From Takakia lepidozioides (taxonomy: Eukaryota; Plantae; Bryophyta): a DNA stretch of 64,000 bases. Shown here piece by piece: positions 48,597 to 62,292 of the stretch (position 1 is the first letter of the stretch; the number at the start of each line of letters is the position of its first letter). Location of the stretch: positions 9,734,001 to 9,798,000 of the forward strand of contig CM060731.1 of NCBI GenBank assembly GCA_030704615.1, in the 5' to 3' direction. The translations under genes and the position numbers were made by a program. The notes under the pieces were generated by a model. It did not search any database and was not told the DNA's origin. It worked only from the letters and a program-made list of their open reading frames with translations.

Positions 48597-51500
48597 TCAC
48601 CAGTAATCACCACAAGAGCAACCACCATTTTGAAAGTGGTGAAAACGACTGGCATCCCGTACAACAACTGCTCGCCCCACTATCTTTGAGATGAACTTGA
48701 TAGCAGTGTGGCAGTCACCGCAAACCCGGAGGTTCTTGATGACACGGAGAGGTGTCCCACGGGGTGTGCTGATGAGGCCAAACGCAACGGCCAGCTTCTC
48801 ACTGTGGTGGCAAAGAGAATGTTCCTTCATCTCCTCCTCCACATCATGCAACACAAAGCTTGTGTCAGGCACATATCCAATCTCCTTCATCTCCACAGAC
48901 AATCTCTCCAGCTCAGCATGTATTTCCCCAATCTGTGGATGTGATTTGTCTTCTACAACAAATGCATGCACCTGGTTGTCCACCTCAATGCAGCTGCGCC
49001 CTGGCTCCTTTTTAACACCTCTCTCCTCCATCATTTTTCTAACCTTCGCTTCATCGTCCCACCTACCAGCCGCAGCATAGATGTGCGAAAGCAGCACATA
49101 TGTTGAAGCACCCTGTGGATCCCACTTCAGAATGCATTTTGCTGCATGTTCAGCTACCTCAACATCACCATGAACTCTGCAGGCAGCAAGCAAGGCCATC
49201 CAAACCACAGCACCCGGTTCCATTGGCATTCTGTTAATGAAGTCCTCTGCCTCATTCACTTTCCCTGCACGCCCAAGAAGGTCCACCATGCAGCCAAAAT
49301 GCTCCACTGTAGGAGAGACGCCATGATCTTGACTCATTGAATCAAAGTAGTGACGGCCTTCCTCCACTAGTCCAACATGGCTACATGCTGAGAGAAGAGA
49401 TATATAAGTAACTCCATCTGGCTTCAAGCCAGCCTGTCGCATTTCTTCAAATAACTGCATAGCCTCCCTACCACACCCATGCTGGGCATATCCTGCCATC
49501 ATTGTGTTCCACGATACTAAATTTTGTTGAGTCATATCCTTGAATACTCGACATGCATCCTTCATGCTCCCACATTTTGCATACATGTCGACAAGGGCAG
49601 TCTCAAGAATAATATTTGGCGCAATCCCAGCTTTGATGATGTCGGCATGCACCTCTATGCCCTTTTCAAGGGCTGCAAGGTTAGCGCACGCATTGAGAGC
49701 AGAAACAAACGTCTGCTTGTCTGGAGTCACACCTTCCTGCACCATTTGCTCATAGATCTTGAAAGCCTCCCTTCCATACCCGTGCTGAGCATACCCAGCA
49801 ATCATCGCACTCCATGAGACCACGTCTTGTTTAGACATACTGTCGAACACTTGGCGTGCATCCTTTATCCTCCCGCATTTGGCATATCCTACTATCATTG
49901 CAGTCCACGAGACTACATTTCGTTTGGGCATAGTCTCAAACACTTGACTTGCATCCTTCATACTCCCACATTTGGCATACATGTCAACAAGGGCAGTATC
50001 AAGAATGACATCTGGCGCAATATTGGCTTTGTTGATGTCAGCATGGACCTTTACACCCATTTCAAGGGCTGCCAGGCTGGCACACGCATTGAGAACACAA
50101 ATGAAGGTCACCTTGTCCGGCATCACCCCTTCCAATATCATTTGCTCATACATCTCCAAAGCCTCACTACCACACCCATGCTGAGTATATCCTGCAATCA
50201 TCGCATTCCATGAGACCACATCTCGATTTGCCATATTGTCAAAAAGTTGATGTGCATTCTTCATGCTCCCGCATTTGGCATACATGTCAATAAGGGTATT
50301 TTCCAGAATGACATCTCGGACAATCCCAGCTTTGATAATGTCAGCATGGACCTCTTTGCCCTTTTGCATGGCTGCCAGGCTGGCACACGCATTCAGAACA
50401 CATGTAAATGTGACATTGCTGGGTGTCACCCCTTCCTGTTGCATTTGCTCATACATCTCCAAAGCCTCCCTACCACACCCGTGCTTGGTATATCTTCCTA
50501 TCATTATAGTCCACGTAAACAAATCTCGTTCAGGCATTGTCTCAAAGACTTGGCGGGCATCCACCACGCTCCCGCACTTGGCATACATGTTGACAAGGTT
50601 GTTGAGTAGAAAAATGTTTGGCTTTAATCCACTTTGAATGATGTGGGAATGCACTTGCTTTCCCTCTGCTAGACCTTTAATGTTGATGCACACTTGCAAG
50701 AGATAGACATAGGTATTGGAGTCTGCCAACATGCCTCCTTGGTTCAAAATGTGCAGTGCCTCTTTCAGTTGTCCCGCCTTACATAGTGTCCTCACAACTC
50801 GCAAAGCACCATAAACGTTGTCGTTGACACCATCGCTCAATCCTTGATCAGGAGCAGTGGTCAAGGTGGAGGTGCCTGAATCCATCAACTGTGCCTGATG
50901 GAACACCGCCATCCTGCAAGACCCACAACTCTAGTCACAAACCTTTCCTCTCAAATTCAAAGCTCTGAGATCCTCTGAAGATTTCTTCATGATAGCAGGC
51001 TCCCTGATATATACTGGCACAGCTCAAACTACCGAATCATCCACAATAAAATGTACTACTTCTATCTGCATGAGTTGGAAACCTTAATTGTCATTAAAAC
51101 AATACCCATTGTATTCTCGACCTGGATGTCCCTGCTCGACATTCCATCCATGATCACAAGATCGTGTTTGACCTTGAGTCAAGCCAGCTAGCTTCCCTTT
51201 CACCCAAGGAGGCTTCAGCCACAGGACCTCGTTTCTGTGCTTATGTTTGAAATCTGGTGATCTTGGACTCTTCTGTGGAAACCACCAGCAGGCAGCTGAG
51301 CAGCCATAGCTTAGACCACAGTTTTGCATGGAACAGCTACAACCAGCAAAGCATCTTTCAGATGATTGGGAACATCTTGTACAACATGCTTTTGAGAGCC
51401 CTGCTGATAGTAACAGCGAGCACCACTTTTTCAACATTTTTCCTGCAAAGAGGGGGGCTGTCACAATTTGAAATGAGGGAAGTTACAATCCAATACACAG

Positions 51501-54500
51501 ACATTGGTCAGTCACAAGCCCTCCAAAATATTCTCATATTAAATGGATATAGCATCACCGTCTTAAATCTGTTCTCCCACCACTGTGAAGCATCTGAGAA
51601 AAACTCATTCTCTGCTGATTGTGTGGCCTGCATGCAAAACATAGATCTCTAACCGCCCTTATTTATTGAAGTCCAATTGAGGAATGCCAGCATAGGCTTT
51701 CCATGAATTATCTCTCTCTAAGAATACATGGGGTAACTGTCCCCCCTTTGCAGAACGGTTGGCCGTCCAGGAGCAATCACAAGCTACCTAGACGACAAAC
51801 AATTCACACGCAAAGGGCTGGCTTGCGGCTGGCCACTTTCAACTTCTCAGGGTTGACCAACCAAAGGAAACAACTTGAAGTGGGACAAGTTCTTCGGACT
51901 AATGATATTCATATCTGTGCTGGGCAAGAAACATGGGAAACGTCGGATAAACTGGTTGGAGATGTCATTGGTTATAAATGGGCAGGTAAGATGTGTACTC
52001 TCAAGGCAGCATCTGCCAAACGCGGTCAAAAAGGGGTCGGATTCTTTGTCCGTGATTTCTTGTTTGACAATTGTGAAATTATCAACAAGGGTTTGAGGTA
52101 TGAGCATAGTATCTGGCTAAAACTGAATTTGAAGGGCAGCATGAGTACAAAGGACCTGGACTGTGCTTCGTTCCTTGCCAAAGGTCAGGTGGTACTATTG
52201 GGGGACTTCAATGCCCGGGTGGGCAAAGGGACCCATCAGGACGATATCATTGGACCTTTTGGTGAGGACGAGCTGAATTCTAATGGCAGACGGTTAATTA
52301 ACTGTCTAGAAGAGCTTCAGCTTTTGACCTTGAATAACAGGACAAGAGGTGACCAAGTGCAGTGGACTCGTGAGAAACCCCAAACTGGGGAACGTTCCAT
52401 TGTGGACTATATCATAATGGACAAAATTTTGTTCCCCCAGTGTGCCAATGTGTTGATCGACAGAACTGATATTGGTACCTCTGACCACTTCCTGGTTTGG
52501 ACTGAGATCAAAAGGTGTTTTCCCACCACCAAGAGATCTGTGAAACGTTCGATTCGGAAGTGGCGCATAGAAAAATTCCACAATGAGGAGGTCAAGGCTG
52601 AGTACGTCCAGGCCTTGCAAGAGGCTCTCCCTCATTTTGTCCAATCGCTCCAAGAACTTCAGTCACGCTCTGTTAACGCAAGAAATGAAGTCGAAAGAGC
52701 AGTGGACTCTTGGGAGAGTTTCGTTTCCTCCGTGGCTGACAAGATCATTGGGAGGAAACTAATTGTCTGCGGTAGAGCAGTTAATTGGTGGACTAATGAG
52801 ATTAAACTCAAGATAGCTGAGAGACGAGCCCTCTAGAAAGAGTGCTGCAATTTGGAAACCAACAGAGAATTGTGGGCGAGGTACTACCAGCTCCGTAAAG
52901 ATATCAATCAGCTTGTTAGGTCTCAGAACAAATTATACTGGGACAAGTTATACAGTGAAATAAACTCAAACCACCATGGCGGTAATGACAAGAAATTCTG
53001 GTTGGCCCTTCAACGTTTGTACAAGCCGAAAAACGGTCAGCTAGTACAAGCGCTGAAGACTACTAAAGGTGCAGTGGTGACTTCATCGGTTGACATTGTC
53101 AAAACCTTTGAAACTCACTACAGTATCTTTGGCAGAACTTCTAGGTCTAACAGTGAGGGGTCTTCTGCTGAATGGAGGGACACAGTTGGAAAAACTGTTC
53201 CTATGATTCAAAACAGCCCTGATGAACTGGAGTATATTTCAATGGCTTATAATGCTCCCATTAGTTCTTCTGAGATTGTGGAAGCAATTGAACATTTAAA
53301 TGGATATAAAGCTGGTGGACCTGATGGTATTGTCAACGAGCTTATCAAGCACGGTGGCGATCCCATGATAGAGCCCTAGTTCTCCTCTTTAACCTTATCT
53401 GGAAGACTGAAATGATCCCCTTTCGCTGGCGACAGGGGGTCATTGTCAATCTATACAAGAAGGGTGACAGAGAAGAACCGGGGAACTACTGTGGCATCAC
53501 GCTCCTCAATGCTGTTGGCAAGACATTCTGCAGAGTTATAAGTACTCGTCTCGAGGTTGATCTGGAGTCTAGAGGTTGTTTCCACGAAGGCCAAGCTGGC
53601 TTTCGGCGAAACAGGGGCTGTGTGGATCATATCTTCACTCTAAGCCAGATTATCCAGGGAAGGAAAAAAGAAGGGAAACCCACTTATGTCTTTTTCCTGG
53701 ATGTCAAAAAGGCTTATGACACAGTGTGGAGAGATGGCCTATGGTTCCGCCTCTGGTCTTGTGGGATCAAGGGAAAGATGTGGAGAGTTGTCCACAACTT
53801 GTATGCTCACACCAAAAGCTGTGTCACTGTTAACGGACAGAAGTCCAACTTCTTTGACATAGACCAAGGTGTAGCTCAAGGATGTACTCTCTCCCCTCTG
53901 CTCTTCAATGTTTTCATCAATCAACTCCTCGAGGATGTGGAAAGTGAGGGATTTGGGTTAAGGGTGGGTGATACCACCATACCAGCCCTTATGTTTGCGG
54001 ATGACTTTGCAGGCATAGGGGAGACTCCAACCAATCTCCAGGAGTTGATTGATTGCGCGAAGAGATACTTTGGGGGCTAGAGGCTAATGTCAGCAAATGT
54101 GCAGTGGTAGCATTCAACGACAGAGGAGAGGGAGGAAGTGATCTTAAGTGGCAGTGGGGTAGCCAAGAGATCCCGGTCCTCCCTTCCTACACTTACCTGG
54201 GCGTTGAGTTCTCCTCCAATTGTAATTGGGATGCACATATCCGGAAAGTTGTTCAAACTGGCAAGGGCAAAGCTCTGGGGCTCACTAAATTTTTCCACTG
54301 CAGAGGGGTCAACTCTGAGGTTAAGAAAACCATGCTTTGTCGCGTTATTAGACCTGCCTTGGAGTACGGATCTGCTATATGGGTTGATAACTCCAACCAG
54401 GCTAAGTCTCTAGAATCCATTCAAGTGGGGGTGCTTAAGGAGTGTATGTCAGCATGCTCCAAAACAGCCAATGTGGCTGTTCGGGGTGAGTTTGGCATTC

Positions 54501-56734
54501 CGTCCTTAAGCTCCCGACGAGACGAATTCAAGGTCAGATGGTGGGGTCAGCTGCAACATATGCCCAACACCAGATATCCTAAGTTAATCGACTCTATATC
54601 TTGGAAACAGGACCGCCCTGTCAAACAGGCTAAGTCCTGGGCAGAAGAGAGTAGAAGAGATCCTCAAGGACCTGGACCTGGATCCGCAAGTCTTGACCCT
54701 GCTGGATAAATCTGACTTAGAGGCTGTAGTGTCCTCAGCCATGTCTGTTGCCATGAGATTGTCTGATGAAAATGAAGTTAGGCAGAAAACTTCCCTGAAC
54801 TTGTTTCCAGTCTGTGACATGGGGGAGGACATCTTGGATGACCTCAAGGGTCTACCCACTCTTGGCACTAGACTGAAATTTAAACTCAGGGCAGGAAGCC
54901 TACCTTTGAACAGCAAACAGAAGCAGAGAGGAAAGGGAGAGTGCAATTGCCCGTTGTGTGGGCAATCTGAAGACAGTATTCATTTTCTGATACACTGTCC
55001 GGGGTTCTCTCACCAAAGAGACGCTCTCTTCAAATCTATTAAGGGAATTGTGCCTGTACCCCTGTTTACCAACTTTGAAAGTCTCGAGGCTGAGCCAAAA
55101 GCCCAGGCCCTCCTGAGGCCTAGTTTTTGGGCAAATCACACATAGCAGATTGATGCTTGTGTGAAGGGATTTCTAGAGGATATCTGGAAAACCCGGATTA
55201 ATTCTTTATATGGAGGTAAGTCTTACTACCAACGTCAGCCCCTGACAGAGGTAGGTTCTGTCCCTTTTGTTCCCGCTCAAACTGGGCGTGGGGTCAATGG
55301 CCACAAGGCTACAGCAAACAACGTCTTATGAGTACAATCTCTAAGAATACACACATGTGTAGCCCAGGTGTGGCATACCCTCCCACGTCTTGCGCTCCCC
55401 CCTGCGTGCCTCCTTCAAATGGCAAGACGAGGGAGGTTTTCCAAAGTAGGTTTCTGCAGACTGCGGAGGCATGGATCCATGGCCCACTTTGCGCGCTTAA
55501 GTCCTGCGAGTGTTTCTGTTGCCCTTCCTGTGTCTTCTAGCTCAGAACTGCGGCGTGGCATCACCTCCCACAATTCAGGTCCACGAAGCTGTGGGAGGCA
55601 TGTCTGTAGGGGCTTAGGATCTCTTTCTCAACCCCTAGCCTTTCGCAGTGCGAAGTCTATGTCAGAGTGGGGTTTTAGCACCAGTGCTAGAGCCAAACTC
55701 TATTTCCTAGCATGTGGTCACTAACGCCTCCGTCATCATCCAATTCCCCGTAGCTGCATTGTCTCCGGCGTGCAAGAAAAAACAGCATTTGCAGGCTGAG
55801 TTTCCATACCATGCTGGGTAAAACCCCCACAAGGGTTTATGTATGCCCACAAATGCCCATCATAGCAACGGTTGCAGGGCACAGTCAATGAGCACATCTC
55901 TCTCTGCCCTTTGTTGACCCCATTGTGGGCAAGTTCTGCACTGCCCGAGGGGAACCACATCAAAGTCTATATAGACAACAGAAAGAAAGGGGGGGAGAGG
56001 AGAATTTATTACTAGAAACCACTGGCACCATGGAACTTGCAGGGATCGCAGTGGGCTATGCATGAACCATGTCATATCTCTCACCTCAGAGTGGATATTT
56101 CATCAAAAAAGGGTATCCTACAGGGTCTGGCTGCAATGCACATGAAACTCTCTCTTCTGTTCCTCTCTGCTCACTCTGTCGTCTCTTTTCTCTGTCCCAT
56201 AAGCACTTTGAGCTCGAGTGCACAGGGGTCAATACGTTAGAAATTTCACATATTTGGGCAGAATACTGAAGCCGCTTGTGGAAGGCGGACGAGGATGCTA
56301 ATCACGCTGCCTCTATGACTATACATTGAACTTCTTGGACAAACATGGGTGGAGTTTCAGCTGGGGTGGATCAACGACAATGTGGAGCTTGGATCTCGGA
56401 CGCACACAGTTCAGACTCTAGTCAAGACTCCAGGGATCCAGAAAACCCAAAGATACATATACAAGTATAAGTTTATACCTTGCGGGATCCCTGCAGGTTG
56501 GGGCCACAGCATAGCCATGACTTCCAAGGGTAGAGGGCTCGGAATTGCCAAGCTGGATGCGGTGATCCGCTCCACAGACTGCTCCGATCTGCTGAATGGT
56601 GTGAGGCTTCCCGCCCATTCACCGTAGGTAGAAAACAGCGCCATGGGTCCTGCCTCTCCTTGCGCGCTAAGGAGAGCAGCGGCGCGTGCTGTTATCCCTG
56701 TGCCTGTGAGAGACCGAAGTCGAAGCGCTGCCAT
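48597..56734 (-). CDS. PLS-class PPR protein with E-DYW domain (C-to-U organellar RNA editing factor)
   Basis: Main exon 50913-48597 has 15 PLS motifs, a PG box, HSEK, CGDC and terminal DYW. Upstream exons 51442-51106 and 56734-56623 (or -56479) splice in frame and add a presequence-like N-terminus; these upstream exons are less certain. Confidence 0.9.
51729..55337 (+). mobile_element. Near-complete non-LTR retrotransposon (APE + RT + C-terminal zinc knuckle; RTE/RTEX-like), disrupted
   Basis: EN motifs ATFN, GQET, GDFNAR, DYI, SDH; RT motifs QGCTLSP, FADD; CPLC...HFLIHC. 14-bp TSD TCTCTAAGAATACA (51715-51728 / 55338-55351); no ORF1 and no poly(A). Confidence 0.93.
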
Positions 56735-57806
56735 TCTTGTGCCGGTGACAGAACGATCGGAAGTCGAAGCGGGAAGAAGAAGAATATTTGTTATTAACGT
56801 CCATGGCAACCCATTAGTTCTCTGGCACAGTGAAAGCTTTCTACAGAATAATACCAGAGTCAGATAAACAGATCACCAGAATTTATTGGAAGAGAAAGAA
56901 GAAGCCTGTTGTCACAAGCAGGACGGAGATTTGAAGCTGTGTGATCCCGAAATTTGGTGGCGGCCAACATAATTCTACTAACCACTACACTTGAAACAGA
57001 GGGAGAAGAGCACCAGTAGGCAAGGGAGAGTGTGTTTGTTTCCGGGCATCATACAGAGGACAGTGGAAGACAAAGCGCCCATCCTACATGAAATAAATAG
57101 TACCAAATCCACGGACTGGTTTGGGGACTTCGTGCCATCTGCCCTCCTGGTTCCCAACGCAGACCGGTGGGAAACAGGTTCATGAGTTCGGAGAAACAAG
57201 CACTACAACTCAAGATGGTGCTACTTCCCCAATGCAGATGTCTGTCTCTCTAGTCTCTGCAAACCCACCTCGTTCAACGTTGTCAGCGAAAGACAAGAGT
57301 GGAGGAAACAGAATTGAGGAACCACCGTTTCCAACTTTTGGGTTCCATGTTCTCCAAACAGAGAAGCTTACAAGATTGGAATGTGCTTTCTCAATGCACG
57401 GGGATGTTGATTCCTGAGCATACTGGAATATCCTAACACAGCTCAATAGATTGTACTGACTACTGACGTACTAACCAAGACGTGAGCAGTGTAAGAATAT
57501 ACATATGTCTCGAGAACAATGATGAGAAGCAAGACGGAAGTCCAATCTCAAACTTTGTCTGTAAGCAGGATTACGAGAGACTAATCAGGATTATAACTCA
57601 ATTGAAGTACTGGTGATTTTTATAAAAGTCAGCAGCTCTTTGTCTCTGTATCTCCGCCCACCCTCTGTCTCTCTCCGTCCACCTCACCTCTCAATACTTC
57701 AATGTGGATCCGCTCATGTGTACATGTTCGGTGCACAGTTGTGGGATCTATTGTGAGGAACCTCTCTCTCTCTCTAAAACCCAATCTCTGACCTTCTCAA
57801 GTAGGG

Positions 57807-60800
57807 ATGGAGGCCGTAGGAGCAAGAGCTATGGCGACAGTGTCATCCTCGTCACTCTGCTCTCTCTCACGCTCCCAATTGCGGCCCATCCAAGCACCCA
57901 TCCCCTCAACGGAGCCGAACCGACGTCTTCATGTGTATGCAGAATCTGTGGAGACTTCAAGGCCTGCAACATCGGATACCACTGCGGACCCTTCGAAGCT
58001 GTTTACATCCAGTGAAAGAGGAGGCAAGCCGTATCCCGGAGGCATGGGCCCTTACACTGGTCGTGATCCTAATGTGAAGAAACCAGCTTGGCTCCGGCAG
58101 CGGGCGGCCCAAGGCGAGAGGTACACGGAGCTCAAGGAGTCGTTGTCGACATTGAAATTGAACACTGTATGCGAGGAGGCCCAGTGCCCAAACATAGGCG
58201 AGGTAATTCTCAGTATGAGTGATTGTTTGTTTGATTTTGGACGGAGTTGAAACAAGGAGGAGTAGGCAATGCGCGTGTCTTGCGAATCTGCGCTTCAGTA
58301 GTATCTCATCATGAATGTCTGGCAAACAGTGCTGGAATGGAGGAGGTGGAGCAGGGGGTGAAGGAGACGGCATTGGCACTGCAACCATCATGTTGCTGGG
58401 GGACACTTGTACTCGTGGCTGTCGCTTCTGCGCTGTGGCCACTAGCAGGAATCCAGCCCCACCTGACCCTATGGAACCAGAGAACACAGCCAAGGCTATT
58501 GCTAGCTGGGGGTACCCCCTCATCTCTCTCTCTCTCTCTCTCTTCCCCCCAACACCCCCCCCCCCTCTATGGCCGGATGGGGGCGGCAAACAACATCTTA
58601 TGAATACATTCTTTCTCTCTCTCTCAAGATGTAGATGAAAGCATCACCACTTTAAATTCTATGATTAGATTTTTGTTGTCTTGTTTGATGTTCTGAGTTT
58701 CCACACACAGGTGGAGGAAAACCCAGGACAGTTGGCCTGGGAAGGATAGGCATTCAGTTGCCTTAGGGACATCATAGCCAACCTGTGGAACTGTCTATGT
58801 GTACATTTTCATCTTCTTTCTTCGTCAAGGCTCTCTCCACATCTCTATTATGCCTCATCCCTGAACTTGTTTCCTGTCTGTGACATGGGGGAGGCCATCA
58901 TGGATGACCTCAAGGATTTACCCACTCTCGGCACTAGACTGAAATTTAAACTCAGGGCGGGAAGCCTACCTTTGATCAGCAAACAGAAGCAGAGAGGAAA
59001 GGGGGATTGCAAATGCCCGTTGTGTGAAACCTAAATCCAATATTCATTTTCTGATTCATTGTCCTGGGTACTCTCACCAGAATGACCTGAAGACACTTAA
59101 TCTTCGTTGTCTTCAAAGCTATATTGGTCTCGTCCAACAAGATCCTGTTGTTTTCTTCATCAATCCGGGATAACATTATCAAATCCATCAAGGCATTTGT
59201 GCCTGTACCTCTGTTTATCAACTTTGAAAATCTCGAGGCTCAGCCAAAAGCCAGGCCCTTTTGGGCCTAGTTATTGGGCAAATCACACACAGCAGATAGA
59301 TGTTTGTGCAAAGGGATTTCTAGAGGATATCTGGAAAACTCGGATCAATTGTCTGTTCCAAGGTAAGCCATACTACCGGCCTCAGCCCCTGACAAAGGTA
59401 GTTTCTGTCCCTTTGTGTTCCGCTCAAACTGGGCGCGGGGTCAATAGCCACAAGGCTACGGCAAACGTTATGAGTACATTCTGTTCATGCCTCAGGGCAC
59501 AACGCTAATGCAAAAAAATGTCTTATGAGTTCGTTCTATTCATGTCTCAGGCTCTCTATCAACCTACTCCATTTCTCTTTCCAGAATATCATTGTGACTC
59601 AGACTGATTGGCCTATTTACACACAGTATGAGCTGACATGGTGGTTGCTTGTGCAGGGTAGGATATGTAGTGCTCACAAGTGTGGATAGAGATGACATGC
59701 CCGATGGTGGCAGCGACCACTTTACCCGCACTGTCAAAACCCTGAAGGTTCGTTTATACGCTTCTTGTTTTCAGGGGAGAAAGGTATAGAATGGTTGTAG
59801 GAACAAAACTCTTGCTCTGGAAAATGTCGCTGTGACAACCGGTCAGCCATTACCAAATTCCAGAGGTAGGAGGACTAGAGCTTACGGTGACATCAGGAGC
59901 AGTACTGCTGATATGGATAGGTTGACATCTTGCATCTAAATGACATCGTCCTTTTCCTCCACACTATCAAACATTCCAGTCATGACTGTAAGGCAGATGA
60001 AATATTCAGTAGACTCTGGTTATCTGGCTCACTGGTCTTAAAGGGGGGAGAATGGGGCGAGTTTGATCTTCACTACAAAATGAAGCTGATTCTGTTCAAA
60101 GCTCGTCACCATATTATCATATTTTTTCAAGTATTAATTCTGCAACTTGTACCCAAGGGAGGGCCCTAGCTTTTGGCATTGTCTCAGCTTCTTGAACTGA
60201 GGGCAAAGACATCCTGTTGATGCTACCCTAATGCCCAATGCCAAAATCTACTCAAAAAAGCCGGGTCACAAGTTGTCACCGTTACATTTACACCATCAAA
60301 GACTGGCCTCAGGGAAGGCCAGAGGCAGAGAGAGGAGTTCATGATGAAGAATCGAAACATAGCGTTCTATGCAGGCATTCTGCACCCGATTCCCATGAAG
60401 CACAAAAGGGGAGGTACTGGAAGGAGCTGAGAGTGAGGAAAATCAACCTGAAGTGATATTGTTGGTTTTTGTTTGCAGACATTGAAGCCGGAGATATTGG
60501 TGGAGTGTTTGGTATCTGACTTCAGGGGTGACTTGGATGCTGTAGCTCATGTGGCTAACTCTGGGCTCGATGTCTTTGCTCACAATATTGAGACAATAAA
60601 GCGCCTGCAGCGTATTGTACGAGACCCACGTGCAGGGTAGAGATCTTTCTGTTCACATCCTCCCCACTTCATGACTGAGTGAGCGGAAGGGCAACCTTAG
60701 ACAAGGTTGCATATTATGACCTGGTGGGCTTAAGCCCCCAACCGAGTCAGTGTCCTGAGGAGAGGGGGATTGTGCCCATTGTGTGTGGTCAACCTAAAGA

Positions 60801-62292
60801 CAATGTCCACTTTCTGATTCATTGTCCTGGGTATTCTTACCAGAGAGACACCCTCTTCAATTCCATCAATTCCATCAAGGCAATTGTTCCTGTACCTCTG
60901 TTTACCAACTTTGAAAATCTCGTGGCTGAGCCAAAAGCCCAGGCCCTTTTGGGTCTAGTTATTAGGCAAATCACGCACAACAGATTGATGTTTTTGTGAA
61001 GGGATTTCTAGAGAATATCTGGAAAACTCGGATCAATTGCATGTTCAAGGTAAGTCATACTACTGGTGTCAGCCCCTGACAAAGATAGTTTCTGTCCCTT
61101 TGTGTTCCGCTCAAACTGGGTGCGGGGTCAACATCGCCTTATGAGTACATTCTCTATCTCTCTAAGGTGGTGGCCACAAGGCTACGGCAAACAACGTCTT
61201 ATGAGTACAATCTTTAAGGTGGTGGCCACAAGGCTACAGTAAACAATGTCTTATAAGTACATTCTCAAAGGTAGTGTCTGTTCCCTCTAATCAAATTGTG
61301 GTAGCTATGGATGGCAGGTACGAGCAGAGCATGGCAGTACTGAAACATGCAAAGGGCATAAAGGGAATGGTGACCAAGTCATCAATCATGCTAGGCCTGG
61401 GTGAATCTGACGAGGAAGTGAAGCAAACCATGCAGGACCTCCGGGCTGTTGGAGTGGACATATGCACTCTGGGGCAATATTTGCAGGTGATGCATTCCCT
61501 GGGTGCTCACATCCTGTTTTTGTTCTCAACTTTCTAGTGCTTGACACTGCAAGCAATAAGTAATAAAGTTGAAGTTGTAGAGGAGTTCAATAAATGCCAT
61601 TACAACTGGTAATGACAACCCTATGATTTCAAGGATGAATACACGTTGAATCTGCCATATAAGGGGGCACAGCAATTTTGTGGACAGTTTTTGTGCTAAC
61701 AATTTATTTGCATCTCTTGTACACAGCCAACGCCACTTCATTTAACAGTGAAGGAGTATGTCACGCCTGAGAAATTTGATTTTTGGAGAGAGTATGGGGA
61801 GTCAATCGGATTTAGATATGTTGCCAGCGGCCCATTGGTAAGGTTCATATTACCCTTTTATGTGTAGTCCATACCTGTCCTCTTTTTGTCAAGACACAGA
61901 AAGACTAATATGAGATCAACTACGAATGCATTAACTTCTGTATGGTACATGAAGAGAGCACCAAGGAGCCCAGTACAGATCAGGCCTTGCGTTGGTGATA
62001 ACTTGTGGCATAATTGTACAACCAAAACCATTGTAACAGATGGCAGAGTGCAAGAATATGACTGTGGTGGTCTTGAGTTTGTAAGTCTACATGGCTCAGC
62101 TCCTCCATTTGAGGGTGCTCAAAGTCATGGTACATTCGGTGTTGTTTTCAAATAATTGTTGTCTTGCTAAACAACTCCAGCCTGGGTTGGCTGCAGGTCC
62201 GATCATCTTATCGAGCAGGGGAATTTTTCGTAGAGAGCATGATTCGGGAAGAAAGAAAGAAAGCAGCTCTGTCTGGAAGTAGCAGTGACTAA
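57807..62292 (+). CDS. LIP1P: Lipoyl synthase, plastidial
   Basis: Ser-rich transit peptide, [33 protein letters not shown] radical-SAM motif, VRSSYRA. Seven exons ~57807-58202, 58330-58511, 59657-59747, 60479-60636, 61318-61487, 61727-61837, 62197-62292. Confidence 0.95.
58858..59550 (+). mobile_element. 5'-truncated LINE copy in lipoyl synthase intron 2
   Basis: Matches 54793-55337 with a short internal insertion; 3' end is reiterated. Confidence 0.9.
60770..61265 (+). mobile_element. 5'-truncated LINE copy in lipoyl synthase intron 4
   Basis: Matches ~54945-55337; the terminal TTATGAGTACA motif occurs three times. Confidence 0.9.

Noticed and set aside
44151-50637. Antisense and alternate-frame ORFs over ADC and the PPR gene
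   Set aside because: Shadow ORFs of real coding sequence.
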